64,000 nucleotides of DNA from Epiperipatus broadwayi (GCA_028023455.1 JAQFVV010000002.1:7378001-7442000), one strand, 5' to 3'; numbered from the stretch's first letter, positions 41,258 through 55,369 are shown. Program-made: numbers and translations. The notes: a model not told the origin generated them from the letters alone.

Positions 41258-41718
41258 ATATTTACACTTTGAAAATACACATGACACTCTTTAACTTAAT
41301 ACAAACTAAAATAACTTAAATTATATTTCCATAACATTGTGTTGGAAATAGTTAATTAATACTTTATCTCAACTTAAACATTATACAAATAATGTAAGCA
41401 TAAAAATATGCACATTTAAAAATAAACAACATTTTACTTATAGTGTCTATGAGGTATTTAATTATGTCTACAATAAATAACAATAAAGAATAAAAAAATA
41501 TTAATGAATTTTAATAGTTATACATTTTATTATTTATTACTACCATTTTATTGTTTATATGTGTTTTATAAGAAAAAGATTAGTTTATTAATTTATGTTA
41601 TAATAATAATATTCCTTCCTCTAGTATTTGGTTGTCATAGCAACCATTTCCACACTTTCTGCACAACTTTAGAAACTGTTTAGAAAAAAAAATTATGCTT
41701 AATCCTACATCATATACT
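41258..41718 (+). repeat. Second copy of the ~465-bp dispersed repeat
   Basis: Colinear with 28270-28735. Confidence 0.8.
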
Positions 41719-41915
41719 GAAATTGAACTCAATTTCACAATATATATCAATCATTAAATGCATTTATATATATTTACACACATATACATATATATCCATC
41801 TTTGAAACAGACCTACAATTTGACTCATCTCTTATAATTTTTTATCAGAATGTAAAAGGAGTCAAACCCTTGGATTAATGACTGCTAAGACTAACAGATT
41901 TTTTTTTTTTTTTAG

Positions 41916-41939
41916 AGTTTAATATCATAACTAATGATG
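41916..41939 (+). CDS. Candidate 24-nt frame-preserving microexon (xFNIITNDx)
   Basis: Branch-point-like gactaac, a T15 tract, AG, then 24 nt and G|gtaaga. Phase 1 at both ends. Confidence 0.35.
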
Positions 41940-42101
41940 GTAAGACTGATTATTCAGCCATATTTCCTGAACATCATTCCAATCATACATCTCAAAGTAC
42001 AGAGAGGAGCTATCCTTTTTCACTATAGATGTTATTTATTCTTTAAATATATCTGCCATATTATAAATTAGAGTGATATCTAAAAAAAAGAACATTTATA
42101 G

Positions 42102-44340
42102 CAGGAATGGCAAAACTTTTAGATGTTGGAGGCTACTTTTTTGGTGGAAGCCTGAGGCCGACTTCCATTTTTTTCAAGGCTTCAAACTGAAAACCAGAAA
42201 AGAAACATTAGTTTTGCTGCAATGAAAAAAAAATAATGGTTCAAAGTCCTGGTTTCTTTAGATAATGTACTTAGGAATTGGTATTTTTTATAAGGGCTTT
42301 TTAGGTACTTACAAATATTGGTTTATGTTTTTACAAGATATAAACTGTTGAATTTTTTTTTATTAAGATATGAACAGTTGAAGACATTTTACTATGACTA
42401 CTATTAAATTACCTTGGCTCCCTCTAATATTACAATTTGTCCATATTGCGTTATAAAATATTTATTAAATTATAATTATTAAATCATCTATAAATAATTA
42501 TTTTCTAGAGCGGGTCCTGAATTTTAAAAAAAAATTCAAGAAAAAAAAAAGAGAATTGTTTTAGAATTGTATGAAAATAAATTGGATGCAAATTTTATAT
42601 ATAAAAAAATTACAAAGTAATAATAATAATAATTTTTTGTTTTAATGACACCTGGCATTGCATAGTTTCAGCAAGTTTGTCAAAATTTGTCTCATATGAA
42701 CTTAAACCCATTCCAAATATAGATCTGATAATTGTGATCTATGTTTAGTTTTTTGTCGCATTCATGCAGGAAAATGCTGATTCACATAAATATGTTGAAT
42801 CAAAAAATGCATTGAAATATGCAGCAACTCTCCAAATATTTGGATATTTATCCTGCTCATTAATGTCCAGAAAGTCTCATTTAAAGTAATTGATTTTAAA
42901 TGTATATCACATTTAATATTTACTATTTGTTCTTTGAGGCTCGCTGAATTTGTATGTATAAATTCATTTAATTTCATAACAATATCTTTGATATTGATGT
43001 TAACATTAAATGGATAAGACAAGTAACTAGCAATATCTTCAAGTTTGTCAAATTCCATGAATCTTCCCTTCAAATTCCTTTATGAGGAATATAATATTTT
43101 GTAGATTAAATTCTTTCTATCTTTAGACTTGTCAACCATATTTTTGAAATGTTTTAATTCATGATGCTTCAGTTGTATTGCAAGCATACTTAATTTTTTT
43201 CTTGAATGACCTCAAAGTGTTTATATAACTATTATTGTTTTATCTTTTCCTTGTAGTTCTATATTTAAGTTATTTAATTTTTCTATAATATCACAGAAAA
43301 AGGTGAGTTAAAGAAACCATTCTGTCATTCAGTAGTGGATATGAATCACCTTTAGTTTTCAAAAATGATCTTATTTGTGATAGAAGTTCTCTGAATCTGA
43401 TTAAAAATTTTGTTAAACTTTTCTTATGTCAGTATGTCACTCTCGTATTCCTTTAGCAAATCCCAGAATTGACAACATAACAAGCTTTTTGATCTTTATT
43501 AATAATTTTGAAGGCAATACTCATAACATGATTAAATACCAATACTTTGTAACACAAGGCATGCTATGTATAATACAATGATAGTCCACAAAACTAAGTA
43601 CATCAGTATCACTTTTACAGTGCATAACAAAATCAATTTTACTGCCAATCATTGCAGAAATTTTGTTGGTAGTTATTGATACTAATTTAGGAATTGGAAA
43701 ATTCATTTTTTCAATGTAATTCTTGAATAAATCATTGATATCTTGATCCCTTGTTCTTTGAATTGGAATAATTGTTAATAATTCCTCTGTGGCTGACATA
43801 TCATCAAAAACCATGCAAATAAAAACACATAATTGTGCACTACCTGTATAATCAGTAAATTCATCAAACTGAAGTGATAAAAAGTTACAATTGTTAGTAT
43901 TCATATGTAAATTTTTTTTCAAGATTATGACTAGTTTCTTCTATCCTGCACATGATTGTGCTTCATGATAAAGACTTTGTTGATAGAAGTCATTATTTTA
44001 TGTTTGTTTTTAAAAAATTTTAAATAATACTTCACCAGCTTTGATGAAGTTTTTTTTCCATATTTTATCCATCTTGTGTTTAATTAGCAACTTCTGAATG
44101 ATGCAATCATAGCAGATTTTGAGCTTGTATTGTACTTGACAAAATTTTTTTATTGCTTAGTGAGTTATGTCTTTAGCTGCTGTACTTTAGCTTTTCTTAA
44201 TGCAGTTCTTCATAATTTTTATGAAAAGTGTGAAATTGTCTTAAAGCCACATGCTCACTGCAAGTAATACTTACACATTTGTTTTTCATCATAATAAAAA
44301 AATAATCTCCCCATTCTTTATGATAGTGATAAGTTTTTTT
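42102..44340 (-). mobile_element. Decayed hAT transposon with GTF2IRD2/EPM2AIP1-like transposase
   Basis: ORF 43521..43922 has FLSLQFDEFTD...AQLCVF...KLVSITT...YHCIIH, and ORF 42762..43073 is the C-terminal part. A TIR-like end caggaatggcaaaactttt lies at 42102; the other end was not found. Confidence 0.85.
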
Positions 44341-44384
44341 TTCACACCTGTACTTGGTTTATTAATTGTAATCCTGTTGTGTGT

Positions 44385-44494
44385 GTGTGTTTTTTTAAGT
44401 GTCATATCATTGGCTGGGACGCGAACCTGCAACCCAGGCAACTGCCTGCAAGTGCAAGGCAGTCACGCTGACCTCTTGACCACCAATGCAAGAC
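44385..44494 (-). mobile_element. tRNA-derived ~100-nt SINE
   Basis: A-box tggtggtcaagagg and B-box ggttcgcgtcc on the minus strand, an A/(CA) tail, and a 15-bp TSD aatcctgttgtgtgt at 44370-44384 and 44495-44509. Confidence 0.85.
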
Positions 44495-44779
44495 AATCCT
44501 GTTGTGTGTTCATTTGCTAACAAATAAGAAAAAATAATAATACAAGTCTAAAGAAAATTATCACTAATAAAGATGAAAAAAACCACATAAAACACAGATC
44601 TGTAAAAATTCCGCATTTACAAATGTGATCCATAAGTCTTTGACTCTCATACTATTTTCCACAAATACTAATATCCACAGCTGATGATAGACTAACATCA
44701 GTCATCACTATTCATAGGTGTGAGTTAAAATAATGACAGGTTATTTATATTCAGTTTTTCTCTGCACAATCCTACTAGA

Positions 44780-46010
44780 GCCATCAGGCTTACACAAATA
44801 AAAAAATTTGTGATCTGTTTTTACCCTATCTGGCTATTGGTATCTACAAAGACACAGTATCTGAGACAATTCCCACATGGTGAAAAATTGCTATAACTTT
44901 CCAGACAGCTTTCATTCTGGATCCTTTTTCAAAAGTCTAATATATGCAACAACAGGCAGCAGCAGTCACGAAAACTTTTTCTGCACACACTATTTATATC
45001 CATCACTGTTTTATATTCGGTATTAATATTATAATTGATGATCACAATTTTTCTTCAGGCTATTCCATGATAGAATTAAGTCTTTTACTATAAATATCCA
45101 TTAAGCTTTAACTGCATATATGCACATTCCTTTTACTGCAATTAGTCTTTTTGCTATTAATTGTACTAACAATTCTTTTTTACTCCTTTATTTAATTAGT
45201 CCAAAAATAAGTTTCTGCTCTTATTAAACAATGCTATTTTTTTCTACATTTAATCTAACAGACATTTACTGAATTATCATTCCCATTTTACTTTATCTTT
45301 CAGCAATCTTTTTTCATTGCTGTTTACTTAACTTTCTTTCAGTTTTCTTTTTTCTGGAGTAATTAAACATGGCTTTATAACTTATACAAAATTAAAGTTA
45401 ATCAATCAATATTTTTACTAAAATATAATAAATCCTAAATTTAGTTTTTGATTTTTATAAAATGTTGTTTGTTGTGTTTTTTGATTCATTCATATAATTA
45501 ATAAATAAATACAAGTAGGGAAATTTAAAATACATCCGCCTCTTAATGTGGTGGCAAAAATTTGCTAGAGAGAAAAAAAATACATACCAACAATATACAA
45601 AAGTCCTCTATTTCTATGCCTTGGAAAATCCCCACATTTTCTCTGCTTCTTTACAATAATTGGTCATAAAGTTTGCTTCTTGCTTTGACACTATTTTCTT
45701 TTGTAGATAGGTAAAAGTCCTGTTTTCTTTTTAAATCTCATATCAGTTCATTAAGGGACAAGTTAATTTCATTTCTCCTTTGGAAAATAGCAATTAAATA
45801 TTGCTAAGAATTTTAGTTCTAGCATTACACAAAAATAATTTAATTATTTCCAGCTTCTTCCAACCTGAGTTTATTTTTCACATGACAATAACAACAGATG
45901 TTATTCAACTTCTAGAAACCTTGATGTTTACCAGTCGACTTCAGACAACTGGTTAACTATAGCTGACATCTTGGCCTCCTTTAACCTATAGGTTGGTCCA
46001 AATTCTTCCT
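44780..46010 (-). mobile_element. Highly decayed LINE (endonuclease end and RT start)
   Basis: The minus strand near 45950 resembles RGAD..SDH.LV, with RT-like remnants around 44850-45100. Confidence 0.35.
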
Positions 46011-46019
46011 TAATTTCTT

Positions 46020-46852
46020 TGTGGAATTTCTATTGATTAACATTAAAATGTACATTAAATTAATATTAAATTTATGTCTACTAAAACTATTGTGTAAAAC
46101 TAGTTACATAATAAAGTGGAAATAAATTAAAACATTAATTAGTCATGAGAAAGAACTAAAAAGTAAAATCTGATTACATAGAAATTCAATTGGCAATAAA
46201 TAATTAGCAATTGAATTCTAGAAGGATCTAATGTTTTAAAAAACCTTAATAGTTAATAAAAAAAAATTCCACCCAGATAAAGATAGAGCAGATAGATTAC
46301 TCCAGAAGCCAAAAAATGAAAACGATTTAAGCAGGTGAAAAAAAGAAAACAAGGCTTTTTTTCTCCTGCCCTCATGTGTTCACACAACTGGGTTGAACAC
46401 CAGTGTGAAGCAATGAAGGAAACCAATGATTTGTTTCTAGACCCAGTATTTCAGCTCCTGAAGCTATTCAAGGTGACTAGGGTTCAAACAGATCACCCTG
46501 ATCTCATTATATATGTGCATCTCAAGGGCACACTGAGGAGTACATTTGCCAAAAAATTAGGTAAATAGTGACTTTAATTAAGTATTAAGTGTATGATTAA
46601 GCAAGAGATTAATACTTCCCAGAAAGTGTCAAAGGAAGGGTGTAGAATGGAATTATATGTATTCATATTGTAATCTATGTATAGCATGTAACTATTTGTG
46701 TGTTTATATTACTAGAATTATATTGTTCTGTATTAAAATTAATTTAGAAAATTGATCCACAGTAAGATTATTTACTTTACTGAGAAGAGAAAATAATTTA
46801 GAAATCATATTGCTAGTCTTATTCAATGGAAGGTTAAGATTAAGACATAGCA
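46020..46852 (+). repeat. 5' LTR
   Basis: Direct repeat of 50200-50967, ending taagattaagacatagCA. It has a ~65-bp extra segment near 46570-46640, and the 5' boundary is approximate. Confidence 0.9.
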
Positions 46853-49151
46853 AAACCTGATGCAGTCATTATTTCAAGCATAGCTAGAAGAATAATTAGC
46901 ACAGGAAGGATAGTAATAGTAAACAATCTAAATGTTGTTATCTGGACAAACAGCCATAGGCATGTTTAATATGGGGAACCCTGCAGAATAACCAGTGTAT
47001 GTAACTCAGATAGTAACTCATTTTTACCTCAAATAGTCATTTAAGACAATAAAAAAAAATTGCAGCCCTTTTGTGTTTCTAGGGGAAAAGGTTATAGAGA
47101 TTATTAATAAGTTTTATGACCCTCCTCCTACCATGAATAGTATAGAATATGAGGAGCTAGTTAAGAAATTAACAGAATATTTTAATCCTTAGCCATCCCA
47201 TCACATAGTTCCTTTAAAACTGAGGAATAGAAAACAGTTTAAAGGGGAATCAATCAGCTAGCTAAGGACTATGAATAAAGGGATTATATGAAGAGATGCT
47301 CTTGATCAATTACTCTGGGATATGTGCAATAATAGATTGTAAGAACAACTATTAACTGATACTGATTTAAAATACCAGAGTGCTATTCAGAAAGGCTTAG
47401 CTTAAGAGCTAATAAGTGGGAAAGCTCAAGCTTTTAAAAATAAAGTCTATTTACAGATTTATAAAACCTAGACAAAATGTGATAATCCATACAAACTCAA
47501 AACTAGAAAAGGGAATGAAAATGGCATGTTACTGCTGCAGTAAATAAGACCATAAAGCAAAATAATGCAGATGGTGAAAAGAGACTTATTTTAAATGTGG
47601 TTTGAAGAGACATATGTGTATAGAAAACCTGGTAATGAGTTAAATTGAAAGAGAATATGGGACCAAAAGAATAGGATAGGTAAATTCAATAATAAATTTA
47701 CTGTTAAAAATATAGTAGATATGGAGAGACAGCAACAATTCATGATCGAATTGGAAGTTTCCAGAGGAATATGAAATTGGAAATAGATAGTGGTTCAAGA
47801 ATATCTATAATATCAGACATAATCTGGAGAGGAAGATTCAGCAGTGGATGCTAAATTAAAACTTGAAAAACTAATGTAAAAGTTAAGCAACAATTTGTTA
47901 AACTCACTAGGGCAAGTACTGACACTGGTTGGATACTGTGATAAAAGAATTAGATTGCTGCAATACATAGTACATGAGAGATTCAGCCCTATAATAGGCA
48001 GGGACTGGTTTAAAGCAATTGGAATTCTAGTATAATAAAAAATTCCCTTGATAGAGAAATTAAAAATAAATACCCAACCTATTTACCAATGAGTTTGATA
48101 TGATAGTTATAAACCCAGGAGAGATTGAGCTAGTTGATAATGCATGCCACACAATTTACAAAACATAAAAGATACCATTCACTCAAAGAACAAAAGTAGA
48201 GGCACATATTGTGTCATTGGTTTATAAAGGTGTATTAGCACCAATTGAAATGGCTGACTGGAGTATATCTATAGTCATAGTTACAATACCCAATGGAAAT
48301 ATACATATATGCAATGTGACTATAGAGTAGCTGTAAACAAGTTTTTAAGTAAAGGGGCATACCCAGTTCCTAATGTAAGAGAAGTATTGCTGAGTTATCA
48401 AAAACCATTTTATTTTGCAAAACTTGATCTAAATGTAGCTTTTCACCAGATCCCACTGATAGAGAAAACTGCTGAAATTTTAACACTCACCATGCCTTTT
48501 GGGTTATTTAAGTGCAATAGATTTCCATTTACATATCAACAGCTCCAAACATAATTTATGTGAAAATTGATATACTATTGCTGGGATTTTAGAGTCTCAT
48601 ACACTATTTTGATGATATATTAGTAACAGCAGACTTAGAAGAGAGTTTATGTCAAAAATTGATTAAGGTATGTGCAAAATTAAATAATTTCAATGTAAAA
48701 TTAAATGCCCAAAAACACAAAGGGAAGCATCCTTCACCTGAAAAAGTAAAAGCCATTGAAAAGACAGAAAAATCAAGGAATGGCAAAGAATTGCAGGCAT
48801 TTTTAGGTCTAATTAACTACTTCAAACCTACAGAATAAATCAAAAGTTTTGGGTTACTGAAAAAGAATCAAAAGTGGCAGTGGTTAAAAATTAATGATGA
48901 TGCTTTTACATGCACTGAAGGCCTACTGTCATCAAAAAATATTGGTCCATTTTGATAATAATAATCAAGAAGTAATTTTAGCCACAGACACCTCTGAATG
49001 GGGGGGGGGATTCTATGTCATCCATTGCTATAATGAAAAATGTCCCATTGCCTATGCATCAAGAATCCTCTCCAAAGCTCAGAAAAATTACAGCCAGATA
49101 GATAAAGAAGCTTTGGCAATAATATTTGGGCTAAAGAAATTTCACCAATAT

Positions 49152-49187
<36 letters not shown>

Positions 49188-50199
49188 GGCAGATCATTTC
49201 AACTAATAGTGGATCACAGAGCAACATGAAACTGAAGGAATCTACATCTTGGCTTAAAACAAATAAACCATGGCAGAGATTTCACGTAGACCATACAGGT
49301 CCTATTAATGACAGAATATTATTAGTATTTGTAAATTCATATTCAAAATGAGAAAATTATCACATTGTCAAAAATACCAATGTTAATGAAACAATAAAAA
49401 TACTAAAAGCAATTTTCTCATGCCATGGATTACCAGAGGTTATCGTCATTGATAATGGCACTGGATTTATAGCCCAATAAATGGAAAAATATTTTGAAAA
49501 CAATGGAATCAGACACATATGTGCATCACCCTACTACCCAGAATCAAATGGCCTCACTGAGAAAGTCATCTAAACAATTAAAAAAAAGCAATAAGAAAAT
49601 GTCCAAGTTGAAACATGCAAGAAGTTTTATACAACACAATGCTGCATCAACACTTAATGCCATCAACAACTACAAACAAATCACCAATGGAGTTGCTGAT
49701 GCACTGAAAGTTGTGCATTAAACTAGACATGCTAATACCAATGAAGGATGAGAATTTCCATCATAAAATCAAAGAAAAAAAACATTCTATATTGGTGAAG
49801 AAGTATGAATATATGATATGCTGCAAAAGAAATGAATAAAGGGTACAATTACAGAAAGGTCATCCAGATTAATAGTAATCATTCAAAATAAAAATGGTAA
49901 AGAATACAAGAGACACAAATCATGTTCATCATCAAACTACAAAAGAGGCACTGTATCCAATGATAATAATACTAGATAATGAAGAATCAGCAAAACAAAC
50001 CAGAAAACAAGAAACAGAATAGATAAATCTGGAGGCAAAAGACAAGAGAATCTATAACCAAGTTCAAAGTGAAACTGAAACAAAAATGGGGATTAAATCC
50101 AGGGAAAGGCAAAGATAACCCAGACCCCAACAAAATAAATATAAACCAAAAAATTTACAGGCTTATCCATAAATAGAATTTCTAGAGTAGGGGGAAGAT

Positions 50200-50967
50200 T
50201 GAGAAATATGTTAACACTAAAATGTACTTTAGATTAATACTAAAATTTACATTTACTAAAACTATTGTGTAAAATTTCTTTCATAATAAAGCAAAAATAA
50301 ATTAAAACATCAATTAGTAATGAGAAAGAACTAAAAAGTAAAATCTGATTACATAGGAATTCAATTGGTGATAACTTACTAACAATTGAATTCTAGAAGA
50401 ATCTAAGGTTTTAGAAAACCTTAATAGTTAACAAAAAAAAAAAAACCCTTCCACCTGGATAAAAATAAAGCAGATAGATTATTCCAGGAAACAAAAGAGA
50501 AAAGAATACTATTTAAGCAGGGGAGAAAATACAAGCAAAATCTTTTTTCTCAATCCCTCCTGTGTTAGAGCAACTGTATTGCACACCAATGTAAAGCAGC
50601 AGAAGAAAACAGTAGGGATTTATTTCCAGACCCAGGACCTCAGCTCCTGAAGATACTCAAGCTGATTAGGGATCAAACAGATTACCTCGATCTTATTATA
50701 ATTTATAGGTGCCTCAATAACCCACAGAAGTAAATACATTTGCAAGAAAATTAAGTAGAGTGGAATTGAATTTATATGCATCATATTGTAATCTATGTAT
50801 AGTGTATAACTATTTGCATGTCTATATTACTAGAATTATATTGTTCTGAATTAAAATTAGTTGAGAAAATTGATACACAGTGAGATTTACTTTACTGAGA
50901 AGGGAAAATAATTTAGAAATCATATTGCTAATTTTACCCAAGGGAAGATTAAGATTAAGACATAACA
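50200..50967 (+). repeat. 3' LTR
   Basis: Starts TG right after the polypurine tract and ends taagattaagacataaCA. Confidence 0.9.
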
Positions 50968-51009
50968 CTTAGATATTACCCTATCCATTTACCTACTACT
51001 AGGTCGAAA

Positions 51010-51360
51010 AAAAAAACATGGTGATGTGTATATATAGCTACATTTTATTAGGTTTAGAATGAGAGAGAAAAATGGACAATTAAAATAATATAAATATAAT
51101 AAAATCAAATTTATTTACATTATTTACACCTTATATAACATTTAGAGATGAATTCAATGCATAAAAAAATAAATATATTTATGCGAGTATGTAACCATAT
51201 CAAAGTAAATTCATTTAATTAGATTGCATTTTACTTTTGAGTTCTAATATGCCTACATACAATACAAAACAAACAAATAATTCTTTTCATTTAATTATAA
51301 TAATATAAATGAAGATTTAGAAAAATATCAATTAATCGATAAATAAATATATTACAGTTG
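51010..51360 (+). repeat. Copy of the ~350-bp dispersed repeat
   Basis: Reverse complement of 16255-16610. Confidence 0.7.
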
Positions 51361-51445
51361 TAAAATAGTATTATCAATTATTGATTAAACAAGAGTTCAA
51401 TTTTCATTATATTTGCTTTAAGAAAATGTATATTACTAAGAAGAG

Positions 51446-51730
51446 ATTCTATGAATTATGTTAATATGCTAATACAAGAAAAATTTACACTCTGATAGAT
51501 AAATAAATAATTTTCTGAGCATTGCTTTCGACCTGGGAGGGGGGGGGATCATAATCATAGCACTTTAGCTTATCAGTCCAACTGATATTAGTATTGAACT
51601 GATAAGCTGAAGGTGTATGATTATACCCCCCCCCCCAAGTTGAAAGCAATGCTCAGCAAATTATTTATTAAATTGTCTAACAGAGTGTAATTTTTTTTTT
51701 ATATTAGTGTATTAACATTATTCATAGAAT
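51446..51730. repeat. Near-complete 285-bp palindrome (foldback element)
   Basis: Arms attctatgaattatgttaat...ctgagcattgctttc...gggggggg...agcttatcagt and the reverse complement, with only a ~15-nt centre. Confidence 0.9.
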
Positions 51731-51894
51731 TACAAATTTAAAGAAAAGATGAAAAATTATAGAGTTTAAGAAGAGATAAAAAAAAATACATATTTAAAAA
51801 GAAAATATGTTAAAATTATTAACTACATATTAATATTAACTTTAATAGTTGCTTTCATTATTTTTATTGTTTTTTTTTATTAAAGGCCTTTTAA

Positions 51895-52011
51895 TTTATT
51901 TATTTTTTCATATGTCATAGCATCGGCCGGGACGCGAACCCACAACCATCTGCAAACAACTACTTGCTTGCACGGTGGCTGCAGTGATCTCTCGGCTAAC
52001 AACGCTTGACA
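51895..52011 (-). mobile_element. tRNA-derived SINE, divergent subfamily, CpG-rich
   Basis: The 3' half ggttgtgggttcgcgtcccggccgatgctatgaca is shared with the other two copies. 13-bp TSD aaaggccttttaa at 51882-51894 and 52012-52024. Confidence 0.85.
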
Positions 52012-53659
52012 AAAGGCCTTTTAACTTAAATAAAATTTCTCTTACTCTAGCATCAGATTTTAATTTAACACTTCATTAAATTCTAGTACAAATTTTTTTT
52101 TTTAAAAAAAAAAAAGATCTGTAAAACAGTTTTAAGGTTTAATGCTTTATTAGATGTATTTTGTTGAATTATTCTCTGGATTATGTGTTCATGAATAGGC
52201 AGGAAACAGTTAAGTGAAAGATGGCAGGTAGTAATAATTCTTTATCTTCAATGGTTGGTGAAGGGAAAAAGAAGACACTTCTAAAACTGGAATTTGAAGG
52301 AGACTATATAATTTCAGATTTAGTGAGTGCACTAATTAGAGTTTTACTTCATGACAATGATATTTTCAACTACTGCATACTTTTCAATCTTAGTTGAATT
52401 GATAAACTTCACAAATTAGCACTCATTCTAATCTGCTTAAATTTATAATGCTGTTATACAGAGCTATTGGCTGGTTGAAATAATTCAATGATCCTTCACA
52501 ATGAGGACATTAAAGTTCTCTTAAAATAATAAAACTTTTTTCCAAAAGCTTCCTTTTCTCTACACACACACACACAGATACTAATATCTCTCCTAATTTT
52601 TTTCTTTATAAATGCTAATATTATATGTAATAATTCTGGGAAATTTTATTTCTTATTTTACATTATCAAAAAATAAAAAACAATTACATTCTTTTTTTTT
52701 CTCCTTCTTTTAAAAAATTTACGACTACTTAGGGTGTAGTTAAAAAACAATAATTATAATATCACATCAGCTTTATTTCTAAATGATGTCTGAATTAGTA
52801 CATAATATATATATCAATCATTAAAGTCATTTTTAATTTTTTGTTTTTCTTTATTTAATTTTTTCTTGATTTTGCTTTTTAAAATTAGAACCTTATGAAT
52901 CATTGCTAGTAATAACATATATATATACATCCACACACAGTAATCGCTTATATTCATGAGTTCATTATCCATGATTTGAATAATTTACAAATTAAGATCA
53001 CTGTCATAAGTTATTTCTCAAAGAGATATTTCCTCATCTTGCAATCTTGAGAAAAAAATTTTTCTCAATTTATTTTTATATTTAACATTTTTGATAACTG
53101 CAATATTCTAATTTTTTGTTAAGTAATTATTTTGCTTGATATCGTGAAGAGTACATTTTAAAAAGTAAATTGTCCTTGTAAATGTATGTAAAAACATATA
53201 TATATAGTTTGTTGTCATCCATAATTTCAAGTATTTATATGAATAATTATATGTTGAACTATTTTCATCATTTAATATTAATTGTAAAATGTTTTTTTAA
53301 AAAATTAAATTATATTTAAACTTTTCAAATGCAATAAACTGTTGGTAATAGTACATGGGGTTAGTATATAATGTGTTTCAAGTGATATTATTTTTTTCTC
53401 TTTTTTAGATGGTAATGACGTGACTAGTGACAATATTAATATGGGAATCAAACTTGACCTTTAGATTCATAAATATTGGTTTTAAGATGACACTCAATCA
53501 ACCAGATTACTCTGTCAAAGACATTAGTGAATAGAAATTTCATATATATTTATCTACAAGAGACCTACTAATCTTTGTCCTTAAGAAAAAGTGGTGAAAC
53601 CAGGTGAATCCTCATAGATAAACATGTGCAATTTCTACCAACTGTTTGTTACCATTAAT

Positions 53660-53735
53660 AAATTAGCATAGTTGGTTAGAGTCACTTTAAATTCAATATA
53701 CATGAATCTAAAGATCGAGATTCAATTCCCATGCT
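53660..53735 (+). mobile_element. Possible decayed tRNA-like SINE head
   Basis: A-box-like tagcatagttgg and B-box-like gattcaattcc, with no intact cloverleaf. Confidence 0.3.
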
Positions 53736-55369
53736 TGTACTATTGCTTGTCAGGCCAGCAATATCTGAAGAAGAAATGAGAATAATACCATTGAGAATAT
53801 TCTATTATAAACTAATGTGTGTGCTATTTGTAATAGCTCAATGTATTTGAAAAGTTTAAATAAAGTTTTATTTTTTAAAAAAATATTTAACAATTAATAT
53901 AGATAATAAAAATATTCCATTATATAATTATTATTAAGTATCATCACAAGCTTTCAAACAAACACTACCTATGAAAATGTTTGAAATCAAATGCAGAGTA
54001 TTATTGTTTGTTTATGTGTTATGTTTATATATTGTAATTGACAGAATTGCACAACCCACATAAAAATTACCAGAGGGCAATCCATATGTGCATTCCACAT
54101 TCTGACCTCACAGACTAATATTTTTTTTACTTTTACAGCCTGATAAGGATCAGGGAGAAGCAAGGGACTCTTAACTATTTTACTTAAATTATTGATTGCA
54201 AATAATGATGACAAACTGCCAAAAATAATGAGACTAACACAATTTATTCATGTACACACAAAATATCACACATTCCTGGCGCTTTAGTTAATTGTTTTAT
54301 ACATTAATTAAAGGTATCTTAACCTTTCTAAATCTTTTTTTAATTTAAATTATACACAGATATAGTATATACTATGCTTAAATGTTTGAAACAATTGATA
54401 TTTGATAATCCCTATTTTAGAATACTATTATCGTTAATTGTTTGAATGGATTTCAATTTACTGTACAAACACTTAACTGATCTCAACTCTCATCATCCCT
54501 GTTCTAAGACTGAACAACCCTGACAAATGAGAATAATGCAAGATTATAAACTAAGAATGATCTTACTAATTGACAGCTGTGATCAATTTTAAGCTATGAT
54601 ATTAGTCAGGAATAAAAACAATAAAGTAATTGTAAAATACAGGAAATCATATCTATACTATAATAGTTTCTCTATAAAAGCAAATACAAATATAAATTAT
54701 ATTCATATAGTATGAATTAAAGTTCTACCATGCATAAGTGACTGGAAGTCACAAACATATCAATATACTACATGTATAAAATAAAATAGTTAATATACAG
54801 TAGGAATTGACCATCTATAGCACATTACTGTTTAACTAATAATGAAAGTAAGTGACCAGCAATTCACAAATGGTTTTATAATCATTTAATACTAATGTGT
54901 TACATAAGGATGAGTTTCAAATGTAACAAGTATAATCTGAATTGATGGTTAATAGCTGCCATTTGTATCAATAGTATCGCCTCAAAACATAAGCATACTT
55001 TGCTCAAACTGACATTATTTAATATAACAGTTATCTAGTCTATCTATACTGTGTAATTGATCTTTGTTCATAATTTATAAATTTATTATTTTAACATATT
55101 ATTAAATAAAGTGGAAATAATTGACATAATTTTTAATAGCATGACCAAAGATTACAAAAATATACTTTAACTGAGTATTATAAAATTATTACTTTAAAAT
55201 CATTGCCAATTAAATTATGGTTTGCTAAAGAAAACAATACAATAATCTATTGCCATACATGCTCATAAACAGATTTAAACTAATACTTATTCATCAACAT
55301 ATTTTTAATGAGAAATTTGTTTAAATTTCATACCTTTTATTGCAGCATAATAATTTAACATTCAGTCAT

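Larger units (their letters stand above)
46020..50967 (+). mobile_element. Full-length decayed Ty3/Gypsy LTR retrotransposon (Mag/K02A2.6-like)
   Basis: Two LTRs, a PBS-like tgatgcagtc after the 5' LTR, and a PPT tagggggaaga before the 3' LTR. gag 'YEELVKKLTEYFNP'; RT 'DYRVAVNKFL..YPVP..FAKLDL..AFHQ' and 'YFDDILV'; RNase H 'LATDTS..PIAYASR..YSQIDKEALAIIFG'; integrase 'PWQRFHVDHTGP' and 'GLPEVIVIDNG'. Confidence 0.95.

Noticed and set aside
44681-44710. CTGATGA-ta-GACT..AGTC as a hammerhead
   Set aside because: It is followed by ATCAC rather than GAAAC, with no helix I or III pairing.
54139-54190. Exon after the strong acceptor ctaatattttttttacttttacag
   Set aside because: All frames stop within about 16 codons and no donor is present. 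At best it is an unsupported terminal exon.
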